This document shows, one piece after another, positions 41,729-52,800 of a stretch of DNA of 64,000 bases (its first letter is position 1; the number at the start of each line of letters is the position of its first letter). The notes below the pieces were generated by a model. That model searched no databases, was not told the origin of the DNA, and saw nothing but the letters and a program-made list of their open reading frames with translations. Both the position numbers and the translations under genes were made by a program. The stretch is from Dehalococcoidia bacterium (lineage in GTDB: Bacteria > Chloroflexota > Dehalococcoidia > UBA2979): assembly GCA_965262725.1 (NCBI GenBank), contig OZ253555.1:2432001-2496000 (forward strand). Reading direction: 5' to 3'.

Positions 41729-42148
41729 TGGATCAGGGCTAATGACCGTGGCGACGCGTGGCTCAATGACCCTGGCGATCGACACTCTCCGAGCAGCACG
41801 ACGAATGGGCCGTCGGGCGGCGCTACATGACGATGATGACGCTGCTCTCCCCGCCGGGGAGTGAGCTCACGTCAGGCAAGGAGGTGCTGCTGCAGGCTGC
41901 CGGCTAACAAATGATAAGGATGGTGCACTGTGACACCACTTGCCGGGACGTGACCGCCGCCTGAGCCTCGGGCGCATCGCCACCTGCCAGCTCACCTCTG
42001 ACCCCGCGTGCTCCGGGCGCTTCTCCGCTCCCCGGTAGGCGGCATCGCCCCACACCGGGGCCCGCGGACTTGCGACCTGGGCAGCGGCATTGCTATGCTG
42101 CCTAATACAAGGCACATAGCTAGATGGTAATGCGACAGGGTACTGCTC

Positions 42149-42382
42149 ATGATCGAGTCTGGAATCACCTCGAAGGGACAGACCACATTGCCACGAGCAG
42201 TGCGCGATGCGCTCTGCCTGCACGCTGGTGATCGGGTGCGCTACCTCATCCAGGATGGGGAAGTCAGGATCCTGCCGGTACGCCCCATCGCACGGCTCTT
42301 TGGCGTACTACGGCATGACGGCCCGGCCGCGACCCTGGACGACATGGAACGCGCCGTCGTCGATGGGGCCACCGACGCGTGA
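42149..42382 (+). CDS. AbrB/MazE-family antitoxin
   Basis: ITSKGQTTLPRAVRDAL.L.AGD. Confidence 0.9.
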   Translation: MIESGITSKGQTTLPRAVRDALCLHAGDRVRYLIQDGEVRILPVRPIARLFGVLRHDGPAATLDDMERAVVDGATDA

Positions 42383-42780
42383 TTGCCGTCGACACGAACG
42401 TCGTCGTGCGATATCTCGTGGCCGACCATGCTGAGCAGGCAGATGCAGCTCGGGCATTACTGGAGCGGTTGACGCCTGAGCGCCCAGGCTTCATCTGCCG
42501 CGAGGTCGCACTTGAGGTTGTCTGGGTACTGGAGCGGGCCTACGGGTTCACGCGCGTCCAGATCGCAGACGTTCTCATGGAGTTGATCGCCACCGACAGC
42601 ATTGTTGTGGAGGCCGCGGACGACATGGCCCGTGCGGTCTATGCCTATCGCCAGGGTGGTGTCGGCTTCGCGGACCTCATGATCCTCTCAGCGGCTGAGC
42701 GGGAGGGAGCTGCACCCCTCCACACCTTCGACCGCCAGCTTGCGCGGATGAACACGGCGGTCCTTGTGGAGAAGCGGTAG
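42379..42780 (+). CDS. vapC: VapC-family PIN toxin
   Basis: IAVDTNVVVRYL, E..WVL, FAD.MI, TFD; overlaps the antitoxin stop. Confidence 0.9.
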   Translation: MIAVDTNVVVRYLVADHAEQADAARALLERLTPERPGFICREVALEVVWVLERAYGFTRVQIADVLMELIATDSIVVEAADDMARAVYAYRQGGVGFADLMILSAAEREGAAPLHTFDRQLARMNTAVLVEKR

Positions 42781-43192
42781 GAGCGCACCCAGACCGACCG
42801 ATGCCCAGAGGCCGTGGCCGGTCGTAGGTGCCGCCTGCAGAGACCGTCTCCCTGCTTGTGACACCACTTCTCGGGACGCTACTCGACGCGCTCACGACCC
42901 TGAGATCATCAGCGACCAGCTCTACCGGAGGCTGAACATGCTATTCCGTCGCAAGGGCTGGCATCGCGACGAACCGGTCGAGTACAAGCGGGATGAGTCA
43001 CCAACACTGCTGAGGCGGCTCGTGCTGCGGGCACGGACATGATGGGGTGGGATGGGGAACGACGGCCGAGGCCCCGGCTAGGTGTCTGGGGGCTGTACGC
43101 GTGACCGCCTTGACAAAAATCGTGGGGACAGGAGGGTAGCGCCACGTTCCGGCGCCGGGATGGCGTGGTCGTGCGAGTCTCGGGAGGAACCG

Positions 43193-43780
43193 ATGGCTGT
43201 GGAACTCACTCTGACCCAGCTGGTGCGCAACGGCACGATGTCTCCAGAGATGGCGGACACGCTCATCGTGGCCGCCCGGTCGCGGTCCTCGCTTCTGTTC
43301 TTCGCCGGGCCGCGGCTCGCGGGCAAGACGACGACGCTGCGCGCGACCCTCGCGTACGTGCCCGAGGGCACGCCGGTCCACGAGGTCTCGGCCGACGAGC
43401 CGGACCTCGGCATCCCGGCGCAGCCGGACGGCGGCTACCTGCTCGTGCACGAGTTCGCGGAGACACCGGTCTTCCCGACCTACATCTGGGGCGAGCCGGT
43501 GCGGCGCGTGTTCGATGCGCTGGCGACCGGGGGCCTCTCGCTGGCGGCGGCCACGCACGCCGACTCCCTGGAGGAGGCCTTCGACAAGATCGCGGCGAAC
43601 AGCGTGCCGGACGAGCAGGCCGGGCTGATCGACTACGCCGTCCACATCCGCAGCCTCGGCGACTGGCGTGAGCCGACCCGGCGCGTGGTCGCGGCGCTGT
43701 ACCAGCTGCGCCCCGACCGCGAGGCGAGGCTGCTGCATCTCTGGGACGAGGCGACCAACCGCTTCGAAGTGATGACGTAG
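43193..43780 (+). CDS. small VirB11/CpaF-like P-loop ATPase
   Basis: LV.NGTM, GPRLAGKTTTL, LLVHE, ATHADS; GGAGG RBS. Confidence 0.65.
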   Translation: MAVELTLTQLVRNGTMSPEMADTLIVAARSRSSLLFFAGPRLAGKTTTLRATLAYVPEGTPVHEVSADEPDLGIPAQPDGGYLLVHEFAETPVFPTYIWGEPVRRVFDALATGGLSLAAATHADSLEEAFDKIAANSVPDEQAGLIDYAVHIRSLGDWREPTRRVVAALYQLRPDREARLLHLWDEATNRFEVMT

Positions 43781-43992
43781 ATGATGACGCGAGCACTCCA
43801 CCACTTTATGTGGAGTTCCGAGCCTGGCTACTACAGCCCAGGACCTCCAGGCTCGCGGGACGGACCTACGGTAGTTCCGGCGACCGCGGGTCGCGCCCCG
43901 CTCTACGCAGCCCGTGCCCGTGGCAGCGACACGACGAGCGCGACGCCCGCCCCGGTGCCGCCTGCTGCACCTGGCCGTTAAGCCCGAATCCA

Positions 43993-45909
43993 GAGCGCCA
44001 GGCTAACTGGCGAGTAGGCAGGAGGTGGAAGTCCTCTATGGCAAAGAGCTAGCCACTCATGTCATTCCGCGAGCCGTGCGCGGGTCGTCGCGAGGCGGCT
44101 TGTGAAGCGTCGGCAGCGGGGTGTGCGGGCGGGGCTAATGAGCATCGAAAGGGCCATTTGGGGTGCCGAGGCTCTTGGATTGGTCGAAGGCAATACCGGC
44201 GACGGCGCTACTGGCGAGTCGTGGTCGGGCCCCACGGTGTCGAAGACCCCATGCACGCACACACGTCTATCGCCGGGACTTGGGAGAGCTGCGCGTTGTC
44301 CCGACGAGTCGTACGCCGGGACCGCGTCGGGAAGGGACGTAAACCGTAGCCGATGATGCACGATGCGCAGCAGTCTGATGGGGCCGTACGAGCGATGAAG
44401 GCGGCGAACAAGGGGGCGCGAGCCCCGGCGGAGTCGCTGGAGCAAAGGGCCCCAACCGAGAGGAATCCTCAAAGCACCGGCACGGTCCGGACGCAGAGTC
44501 GGGGTGCGGTGTCACCCGGAGCGGAGAGGATACGGCAGTTCGTGGAACGGAAGCCGGGAGAGAAACTCACCGCGCTCTTGCACCACATCACGCCGGAGGC
44601 GCTGCGGGAGGCGTATCTCGCGTTGAAGCGGGATGCGGCTCCGGGCGTGGACGGGGTGAGGTGGCGAGAATACGGGGACGGGCTGGACGAGCGATTGCTC
44701 GACCTGCATGGCCGCGTACACCGTGGAGCGTACCGGGCGAAGCCCGTCAGGCGGGTAGAGATACCCAAGCCGGACGGGGGAATACGGCCGCTCGGTATCG
44801 TCTCGCTGGAGGACAAGATCGTTCAGCGGGCGGTGGTGGACAATCTTTTGAACCCGATTTACGAGTCGGGCTACTACGGCTTCTCGCATGGCTTCAGGCC
44901 GGGGCGTTCGGCGCATGACGCGCTGGACGCACTGGCCTACGCGGTCGAACGGCGCAAGGTCAGCTGGATTGTCGAGGTGGACATCCGGGAGTTCTTCGGC
45001 AGCATCGACCGGGGGCGGCTGATGTCGTTTCTGGAGATGCGCATCGGGGACCAGCGGGTGTTGCGCCTGATACGAAAGTGGCTGAGCGTCGGCGTCATGG
45101 ACGCGGAGCCGGAAGTCGATTTCGTGCGGGGGATGCCGCAGGGGGCGCCGATATCGCCGCTGCTTGCGAACGTGTACCTGCACAACGTGCTCGACGACTG
45201 GTTTGCGCGCGAGTGGCGACCGCGGGAGGTCCGGGGCGAGGCGTACATCGTGCGGTATGCCGATGACTTCGTCCTGGGGTTCCAGCACCGCAGCGATGCG
45301 GTGCGGTTCATGGAGGCACTCCGGGAGCGGTTCGCGGCCTACGGGCTGGAGCTGCACCCGGAGAAGACCCGTCTACTTGAGTTCGGCAGGTTCGCGCTGG
45401 CGAACAGGCGGAAGCGCGGGGAGGGCCGACCGGAAACGTTCGACTTTCTCGGCATGACGCACTACTGCCGGACCCGACGCGACGGGAGATTCGGGCTGGG
45501 GCGCAAGCCCGTTGCGAAGCGGATGCGCCGGACGCTGAAGGCCATCAAGGCCGAGTTGTGGCGGCGCATGCACGACAACCCCGTGACGACGGGGCAGTGG
45601 CTGGGGCGGGTACTGCGTGGGTGGCTTGGCTACTACGCGGTGCCGACCAGCTCGCCGGCGCTCACGCAGTTTGTTCGTGTCGTGAAGCGGCTCTGGCTGC
45701 GCGTTCTCCGACGGCGGTCGCAGCGCGACCGTTTCACGTGGGAGCGCATCCTTGCCCTGTGCCAGAAACACTGGCCCCGAATCTCCATCCTTCACCCGTG
45801 GCCTGCGGAGCGATTTGCCGTCACGCACTTGAGGTAGGAGCCGGATGCCCGAGAGGGCACGTCCGGATCTGTGCGGGGGGTGCCGGGCAACCGGCATCCC
45901 TACCGCGAA
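43993..45909 (+). mobile_element. group II intron, copy 2 (1917 nt)
   Basis: Near-identical inverted copy of 39812-41728; flanks TTAAGCCCGAATCCA | CCGATCGA. Confidence 0.95.
44353..45837 (+). CDS. ltrA: group II intron reverse transcriptase/maturase
   Basis: 494 aa with YADD; one visible difference from copy 1 (FVRFVK versus FVRVVK). Confidence 0.95.
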   Translation: MMHDAQQSDGAVRAMKAANKGARAPAESLEQRAPTERNPQSTGTVRTQSRGAVSPGAERIRQFVERKPGEKLTALLHHITPEALREAYLALKRDAAPGVDGVRWREYGDGLDERLLDLHGRVHRGAYRAKPVRRVEIPKPDGGIRPLGIVSLEDKIVQRAVVDNLLNPIYESGYYGFSHGFRPGRSAHDALDALAYAVERRKVSWIVEVDIREFFGSIDRGRLMSFLEMRIGDQRVLRLIRKWLSVGVMDAEPEVDFVRGMPQGAPISPLLANVYLHNVLDDWFAREWRPREVRGEAYIVRYADDFVLGFQHRSDAVRFMEALRERFAAYGLELHPEKTRLLEFGRFALANRRKRGEGRPETFDFLGMTHYCRTRRDGRFGLGRKPVAKRMRRTLKAIKAELWRRMHDNPVTTGQWLGRVLRGWLGYYAVPTSSPALTQFVRVVKRLWLRVLRRRSQRDRFTWERILALCQKHWPRISILHPWPAERFAVTHLR

Positions 45910-46265
45910 CCGATCGACGCCTGTAGCGGCTGCACCTCCGGGGAAACAGGTTCAGCGGCTGCATCCCATGGGGATTGCGGTGTGTCCTTCTCAGGCGCGC
46001 TCGCGATAGCGACTGTGAGCAGTTCCGCCTGCCCATCTGCGACGGAGCCAGGGCGGCCGCGTGGACGCAGGCAACGACGGTTTCGGGACGTACCTTGACC
46101 CGCTCACACTCCGCACAGTTGCCGACCTTCTGGCCACGACCGCCGAATCACGCGCCAGGGGCAAGAGGCGCTGCGCGGCTTGCGGCTTCTTCCTTCGAGG
46201 GCCCCACCATCTGCTCAGTGCTCATGCAGTCCGCGGGCCTCGTGAATGACCACCCCCGCCGCCGC

Positions 46266-49200
46266 CTACGGCGCTCCCGCGGTCGCGGCCGCCGGGCTCA
46301 CGCCGTCGCTCTTCACGATCAGAGGCGTGATGGCGGGGAGGCCGTCCGTGAACAACGCGCGGAAGGACCGGTTCACGAACTCCGGGGCACCGAGGATGTA
46401 GGGGAAGTAGCCGCCGTCGTGCAGGGTGTAGATGGCCGTTATGTCGCGGCTCTCCGCGCAGGTCACGAGTTCCTCGATCGCACCGCCCTGGTAGAGGACG
46501 AGGCTGAAGCCCGTGGCGACCGTGCCGCGCAGGCACTCCGGCCAGGGCGGTGTCGGGTCATCGCCCGTGATGCTGCCGGCGGGATCGGCTGTGGGCGGCC
46601 CCTCGCTCTTGACGATCAGGGGTGTCGTGGCGGGGACGCCGTCTGCGAACAGCTCGCCGAAGGAGCTGTTCACGAACTCGGGTGCACCGAGGATGTAGGG
46701 CACGTAGCCGCCGTCGTGCAGGGTGTAGAGGGCCGTGCCGTGGCGGCTCTGCGCGCAGTCCACCAGCTCCTCGACACTGCCGCCCGCGTAGACGACCAGG
46801 CTGAAGCCGAGCGCAACGGCACCCCGGAAGCACGGGGGCGCAGGGCCGTCCGGGACCTCCTGCCCCGGATCGCCGACCAGCACGCGGTAGACGCGCTCGC
46901 GGCTCTCGTCGCGGGAGGTGACGGTGACGGTGATCTCGGGGACATCTTCCAGCGCGACCTGGTGGGCGTTCTCCGGGTCGTCGTCGTCGTCGTCGTCGGG
47001 TTCGATGAGGATCGCCGCTCCCGACTGCGAGGCCTCCGCCCCGACCGTGGTCTCGGTGACGTCGTCCCCGGCCGTCCCGGCGTACTCCGTCTGGGCGCTG
47101 TCGAACTCCCCGATGTCGACGCCGCTGAGCTCGAGCGTGGCCAAGCGCGCGTCGATCGCGTCGGGCATGTTGTAGGTGTAGACCTTGTCGTCGCTCTGGT
47201 CGGCGACGTACATGACGCCCCCGTCCGACCAGAGACCGCGGGGGCTGTTGTTACTGGCGCCGCTCAGCTTCTTGAAGTCCTCATCGCTGACGCGCTCGAG
47301 TGCACTGTGCTCGTCGGGTTCCTCTCCGTCGGGCAGCGCAGGCAGCCGGTAAGCGAGGAGCCGCTTGGCCACGTGGTCGGAGACCCATACGCCGACGCCG
47401 TCGGACCAGATGCCGTGCGGGTCGCCGCTGGAGGAGTCGAGGGCGTACTCGCCGAGCAGGTCGCCGCTCTCGAGGTCGTAGGCGAAGATGCTGTCCTTCC
47501 CACCGTCGAGCGCCCACATCGTCCCATCGGCGGACCAGATGCCGCGCACGTCGCGGTTGCGCTCGGCGAGTGCGAGGTCGCGTTCGGGGAGGCGCTCGCC
47601 GCTCTCGAGGTCGTGGGCGAACAGCTTCTCCTGGCCACTGTCGCTGATCCAGATGACCGTCCGGTCGGACCAGACGCCGCGGGGGGCGCGGTTGCGCTCA
47701 TCCAGCTCGAACTCGCGCTCCTCGATGCGTTCGCCGGTCTTGGGGTCGTAGGCGTAAACCGCGTCGCCCGCACCGTCCGAGTTGTCGGCGATCCAGAGCG
47801 TCGTGCCATCGGACCACAGGCCGGTCGCCTTGTCATTGCCGCCGTCGAGCTCCTCGATGTCGTGCTCGACCGTCCACTCGAAGTCGGCCTCGCTCGAAGT
47901 CGGCCTCGCTCGGGGTCGGGCCACGCGAGCCGCCCCCGCCGCCTCCTCCTCCGAAGATGATCGGTGGCCTGATCACCTGGTTCGGATCTGTGACAGTGAC
48001 TCCCGCGTCCAACGTTCCGGTCCGCGTTCCCCGATCGCCGTCGGAGGAAGCGCTGACGGTGACCTCATACGTGTTGTCGCCGTTGGTGTCGGCCGGATTA
48101 TCGAAGTCGGGCACGGCGGTGAAGCTCAGGTCTCCGGCATCGGAGAACTCGAAGTGTTGTGCGTCCACGCCCGAAAGCGGCTCCCAGCTTGTCACGAATC
48201 CTTCCGGGTCGGTTGCGCCGTAGCGGCCCACGTAGGCCGTGGTGCCGCCCCGGACCTTCACACTGGTGGGCCCAGCGATGACGGGAGGCTCGTCAACGTC
48301 ATTGATGACAACGGTGACGCGGAATACCGCGCTGTTCGACCCATCGGACGCATGTATGGTCACCTCATACACGTTGTTCCGACCGGCGTCCCTCGGGTCC
48401 TCATAGTCCCCGGCGGAATCGAAATTGAGCACGCCGTCGGCGATGCTGAAGAAGCTTGCATCAGGACCCGAGAGCGACCAGGTAATGGTGTCGCTCTCGG
48501 GATCGGTCGCGATATACGTTTCTACGTCCCTTGGGTTGGTCTCAAAGAAGCTTGGCGCCGCCTTTCCTGAGACGACCGGCCCCACGTTGAGGTTGGTGCC
48601 GCTGACTGTCACCTCAGTCGAAGGAGTGCCCGCGCCGACTGCATTTCGTGCGAGCACGCGCACGGTGTACGTACTGCTCGCGCTCAGTCCGGCGACGGTA
48701 TGGGAAGTTGTGGTCACCTCCGCCTCGGAGACATGGGATGCGACGCCCCAACTTCCAGACGCCAACTTCCATTGCACCGTGTAGCCGGTGATCTCTGAAC
48801 CGCCGTCTCCAACGCTGAACGTTCGGTCGAGGTCGAGCCAGCAGTCGAAGACAACGGTGAAGTCACAAACCGCAGGGGTCGACCAGCTCAGGTCAAGCTC
48901 GCCGGGGTCACCCAGTGAGCCGCTCAGGTCCGGTGGCGCGTCCGGCGCCACAGCCGCGACGGTGCTTGTCGCCTGTACATCAAGGGATTCGCTGTTGCCT
49001 TGGTCGTCGTCGAAGTGCGCCTGCACTTTGATTGTCAGCCCGGCGTCGTACGGCGCGAGCGCGTACTCGTTGATAGACGTCGCGGCCCGGAAAAAGGCGC
49101 CCTCCTCGAGGAGGTCATCATCCGCGAACCAGGTGTAACTGAACTCGGTGTCCGTGAGCCCGTCGGCGTCGGCGATCGAGGAAGTGTCCACACGTGCGAC

Positions 49201-49368
49201 TTCACCCACCCGCAGCGCGCCGATGATGGTGGGCGTGCCCGTAGCCGGATTGTTGGGGGGCGGCTGCTGAGCGCTGAGTTGGCCGCTCTGAAGCGAGATG
49301 ACGCCGACGGCCATCACGGCCATGAGCGCCGCCCGGCGCCAGAATCGGGCAAGAAGATGGTTCTGCAT
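46266..49368 (-). pseudogene. secreted FN3/cadherin protein with shared C-terminal module, frameshifted by a 16-bp tandem duplication
   Basis: ORFs 47833-49368 and 46266-47924. AAGTCGGCCTCGCTCG is duplicated at 47881-47912; deleting one copy joins the frames. Confidence 0.85.
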
Positions 49369-49838
49369 TCAACTCGTTCCCCTCGAGCGTTCGCGGAGTC
49401 GGCCCCAAATCTGGTCGATGCAGGGGAACGACCCCGCTGCGCGAGGTGCTCCCCTCGTGTCCAGTGATGGGACCGTTCCTGCGAAGACCAGTCGCACGCG
49501 TGAGAGCCACGAAGGGAGCATGATGCGCCCCATCACCGTTGCCGCTTACGCGGGAGCACGGTTCTTCGGAGGAACAAGGGGGACTTAGCGCATCCGAGCA
49601 CGAGTGCGCATCCGCCGCGTCGGAGCCCACGCCCCACCTGGGCAGCCACCGGCGCGCCGGTGTGCCTCGCGAGCGCCGGGCCAGCGCTTGCATCGAGAGG
49701 TGCAGTCTCACGTAGATGAGCGTTTGGACCGTATGGGACTGAGGCGAGTCCCTCCAGCCATCCCCGGCGTCGCCAGTCGCCCCGAGGTCCGCCGCGTCCT
49801 AGCGGTTCCGTACTTGGCCGCCTCAGCCGGCATGTGCT

Positions 49839-52800
49839 CTAGTTCTCCGCCGCGTTGCCGCTGTCGGCGCTGGCTGTGAGCGGCGAGTCGCTCTTGGCCA
49901 CCAGTGGCGTCAGGGCGGGCAGACCGTCGGTAAACAGCTCGAAGAACGAGCGATTCACAAAGTCCGGAGCACCGAGGATGTAGGGGAAGTAGCTGCCTTC
50001 GTCGAGCGCGTAGAGGGCCGTGATGTTGTGGCCCTGCGCGCAGGTCGCGAGTTCCTCGAGCGAACCGCCCTGGTAGAGGACGAGGCTGAAGCCCGTCGCA
50101 ATCTCGCCGTGCAGGCAGCTCGACCCCCGCAGCGTTGCGAGCTCATCCTCTGGGGGTCGGTCGACGGCGGTATCCGCGCTCGGCGGCCCGTCGCTCCCGG
50201 CGACGAACGGCGTCAAGGGCAAGACGCCATCCGCATACAACTCCTGGAAGGAACGATTCACGAATTCAGGCGCGCCGACGATGTAGGGCACGTAGACGCC
50301 GTCATCCAACACGTAGAGGGCCACGATGTGCCTGCTCAGGGCGCAGACCAGCAGGTCCTCGATACTGCCTCCTTCGTAGATGACGAGGCTGAAGCCGGCG
50401 GCCACATCCCCGCGGAAGCAATGGGATGTGGGCCCGCTCGCGGCTGTCGGCTCTGGGTCGCGGAGCCGGACGCGGTAGACGAGCTCGCGGCTGCCATCCG
50501 CCGACATCACCGTCACCGTGATCTCGCTCGTTCCCTCGAGGGCGACCTGATGGCCCTCCGCCTCCTCGTCGGCATCCGGCGGGTCGATGTCGACACTCGT
50601 ACGGCGCTGTAGCGCCTCCGCGGTGACCGTCGTTTCCGTGACACCGTCGCCGCCAGTGCCCCGGTAGTCCGTCCGGACTGGCAGGAACTCCCCGAGCTCG
50701 ACGCCGCTCAGAGTGAGGGACGCGAGGCGGGCGTCGATGGCATCGGGCATGTTGTAGGTGTAGACCTTGTCGTCGCTCTCATCGGCGACGTACATCACGT
50801 CGCCGTCGGACCAGATGCCGCGCGGGCTGTTGTTGCTGGCCTTCGACAGCTCCTTGAACTCCTCGTCAATGACGCGCTCGAGGTCCTGCGGTTCCGCGTC
50901 TTCGGCCGCGGGTTCCTCGGGTGCGGGCAAGCGGTAGGCGAGGAGCCGCTTCGCTCCATCGTCGGAGACCCAGAACGTAGTGCCGTCCGACCAGATGCCG
51001 TGGGGGTCGCCGTTGGTGCTGTCGAGGGCGTACTCGGCGAGCAGCTCGCCGCTCTCCAGGTTGTAGGCGAAGAGCGCATTCTTGCCGCCATCCAGCACCC
51101 ACATCGTCGCGCCGTCGGACCAGATGCCGCGCGCATCGCGGTTGCGGTCCGCGAGTTCGATGTCGCGCTCGGGGAGGCGCTCGCCAGTCGCGAGGTCGTG
51201 AGCGAAGAGGTGATTCTGGCCGCTGTCGGAGACCCACGCCGTCTCGCCGTCGGACCAGATGCCGCGCGGCGCTCGGTTGCGTTCGTCGAGCTCGAACTCG
51301 CGGCCCTCGACGCGTTCGCCGCTCTCGAGGGCGTAGGCGTAGATCGCGTCGTCGGCGCCGTCGCCGTTCTCCAGCAGCGACAGGGTCACGCCGTCGGACC
51401 ACAGGCCCGAGGGCTTGTCGTGACCGCCGTCGAGTTCGTCGATGTCGTGCGTCACGTTCCACTCGAAGTCGAGGAGACTCGGGCTGGGGCCGGAGGGACC
51501 ACCGCCGCCGCCGCCGCCGGTGATGATCGGAGGTCCTACCGGGCCGGCTGTGACGGTGATGGTCACCTCGACGGTCGCGCTGCCGCCATTGCCGTCTGAA
51601 GCGTCGACCGTGAGGGTGTACGTGTTCTTCGTCGCGATGTCGAAGGTAACCCCGCCGCCGACCGTGATCTGACCATCCTGCCGGTCGATCTCGAACGAAG
51701 ACGCGTCGGCGCCGTAGCGGCTGTACGTGAGCGTGTCGCCCCCGTCGACGTCCGTCGCCGTCACGGGCGCGCCGACCCTGGCGCCAGCCTCCGCGCTTTC
51801 GGACACGGAGCGCGCGGGCATGGACTCGCCGAACGCAGGGGCGTCGTTCACCGCGTCGATCTGGACGGAGACGGAGGCGGTGCTCGAGAGGGACGGGCTG
51901 CCCGTGTCCCGGACGCGGTAGGTGAACGTGTCCGCTCCGTTGTAATCGGCGTTGGGCTCGTACGTGATCGTGCGGTTCTCGCCCGCGTTTGCGGGTTCAT
52001 TGACCGTCACCGCCCCGTTTCGCGGCGCGTTGGGGCCCGAGTTGAACACCGTCAGCAGCAACTCGCTCCGGTCGTCCTCGGGGTCGCTGTCGTTGGCGAG
52101 GACATCGATCCTGATCTCGGTGTCCTCGTCGAAGCTGTTGGGGGCGTCGGCGAGGGCGTCCGGCGGCTCGTTCACATCCGTGACTTCGATGGTGACCTGG
52201 ACGGTGTCAAACGCATTCGAGCTGTCGAGGGCTTTGACGGTGACCGTGTGCGAGGGCGCTGTCTCGTGATCGAGGGCCCCCCGGTTCTTGACCCGGATCT
52301 GGCCGTTGCTGCCGTCAATCGTGAACAGGTCCGGCACGGGCTCGACTTCGTACCTCACCGTGTCGCCGCTGTCGGGATCGGTGGCCGTAACGCGGCCGCC
52401 GACCGGGGCGTTCGCCCCTGCGTTCTCGGCGATGCTGCGGGTCGGGCTCGTCTCCGTGAATGTCGGCGGGTTGTTGGTGACGGGTTTCGCGCGCACCGGG
52501 TTGTTGGAGACGGCGCTACCGCTCTTGTTCGGCCCGTGGCCGTCGGTGTAGGTGGCGGTCGCGCGCAGGTAATCGCCGACGTCACCGGTAACGGGAGTGT
52601 AGACGCTGCTCGTCGCGATGCTGTTCACGGCCCCGCTGACGGCCGTCCAGGGGCCGCTGCGGCTCGTCGAGCGCTCCCACGTCCACGTCGTCGACTGCAC
52701 GCCGTCGGGATCGCTGAGGGTGGCGGTGTAGTCTGCTTCTTCCCGCGGCCGCGTTGCGGGCAGGGCGAGCATCCCCGGCTCTTCCTTGTTCGTGACGGTG

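Larger units (their letters stand above)
38163..41738 (-). mobile_element. IS1380-family element, copy 3; TSD CTAAT; left IR split by a group II intron; transposase 38385-39710
   Basis: CTAAT at 38158-38162 and 41739-41743. The terminal TGGATCAGGG (41729-41738) is separated from the rest of the IR by the intron. Confidence 0.95.
35601..41784 (+). mobile_element. IS21-family element 2; TSD CTCTC; right end interrupted by IS1380
   Basis: Ends TGTGAATCGCCAGG...CCTGGCGATCGACA; CTCTC at 35596-35600 and 41785-41789. Confidence 0.92.
35375..41955 (+). mobile_element. IS256-family 3' remnant interrupted by IS21
   Basis: [29 protein letters not shown]...RLIGAVL continues as SEQHDEWAVGRRYM after 41785 (stop 41907); end-like GACACCACTTGCCGGGACGTGACC. 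Confidence 0.85.

Noticed and set aside
39884-45837. RT as part of a diversity-generating retroelement or retron
   Set aside because: The RT has group II intron motifs and lies within full ribozyme domains. The paralogous repeats in the window do not show adenine-specific differences.
39812-45909. Inverted intron pair as a composite transposon or invertible segment
   Set aside because: Each copy has its own distinct, self-consistent target site, indicating independent insertions; there is no evidence of inversion.
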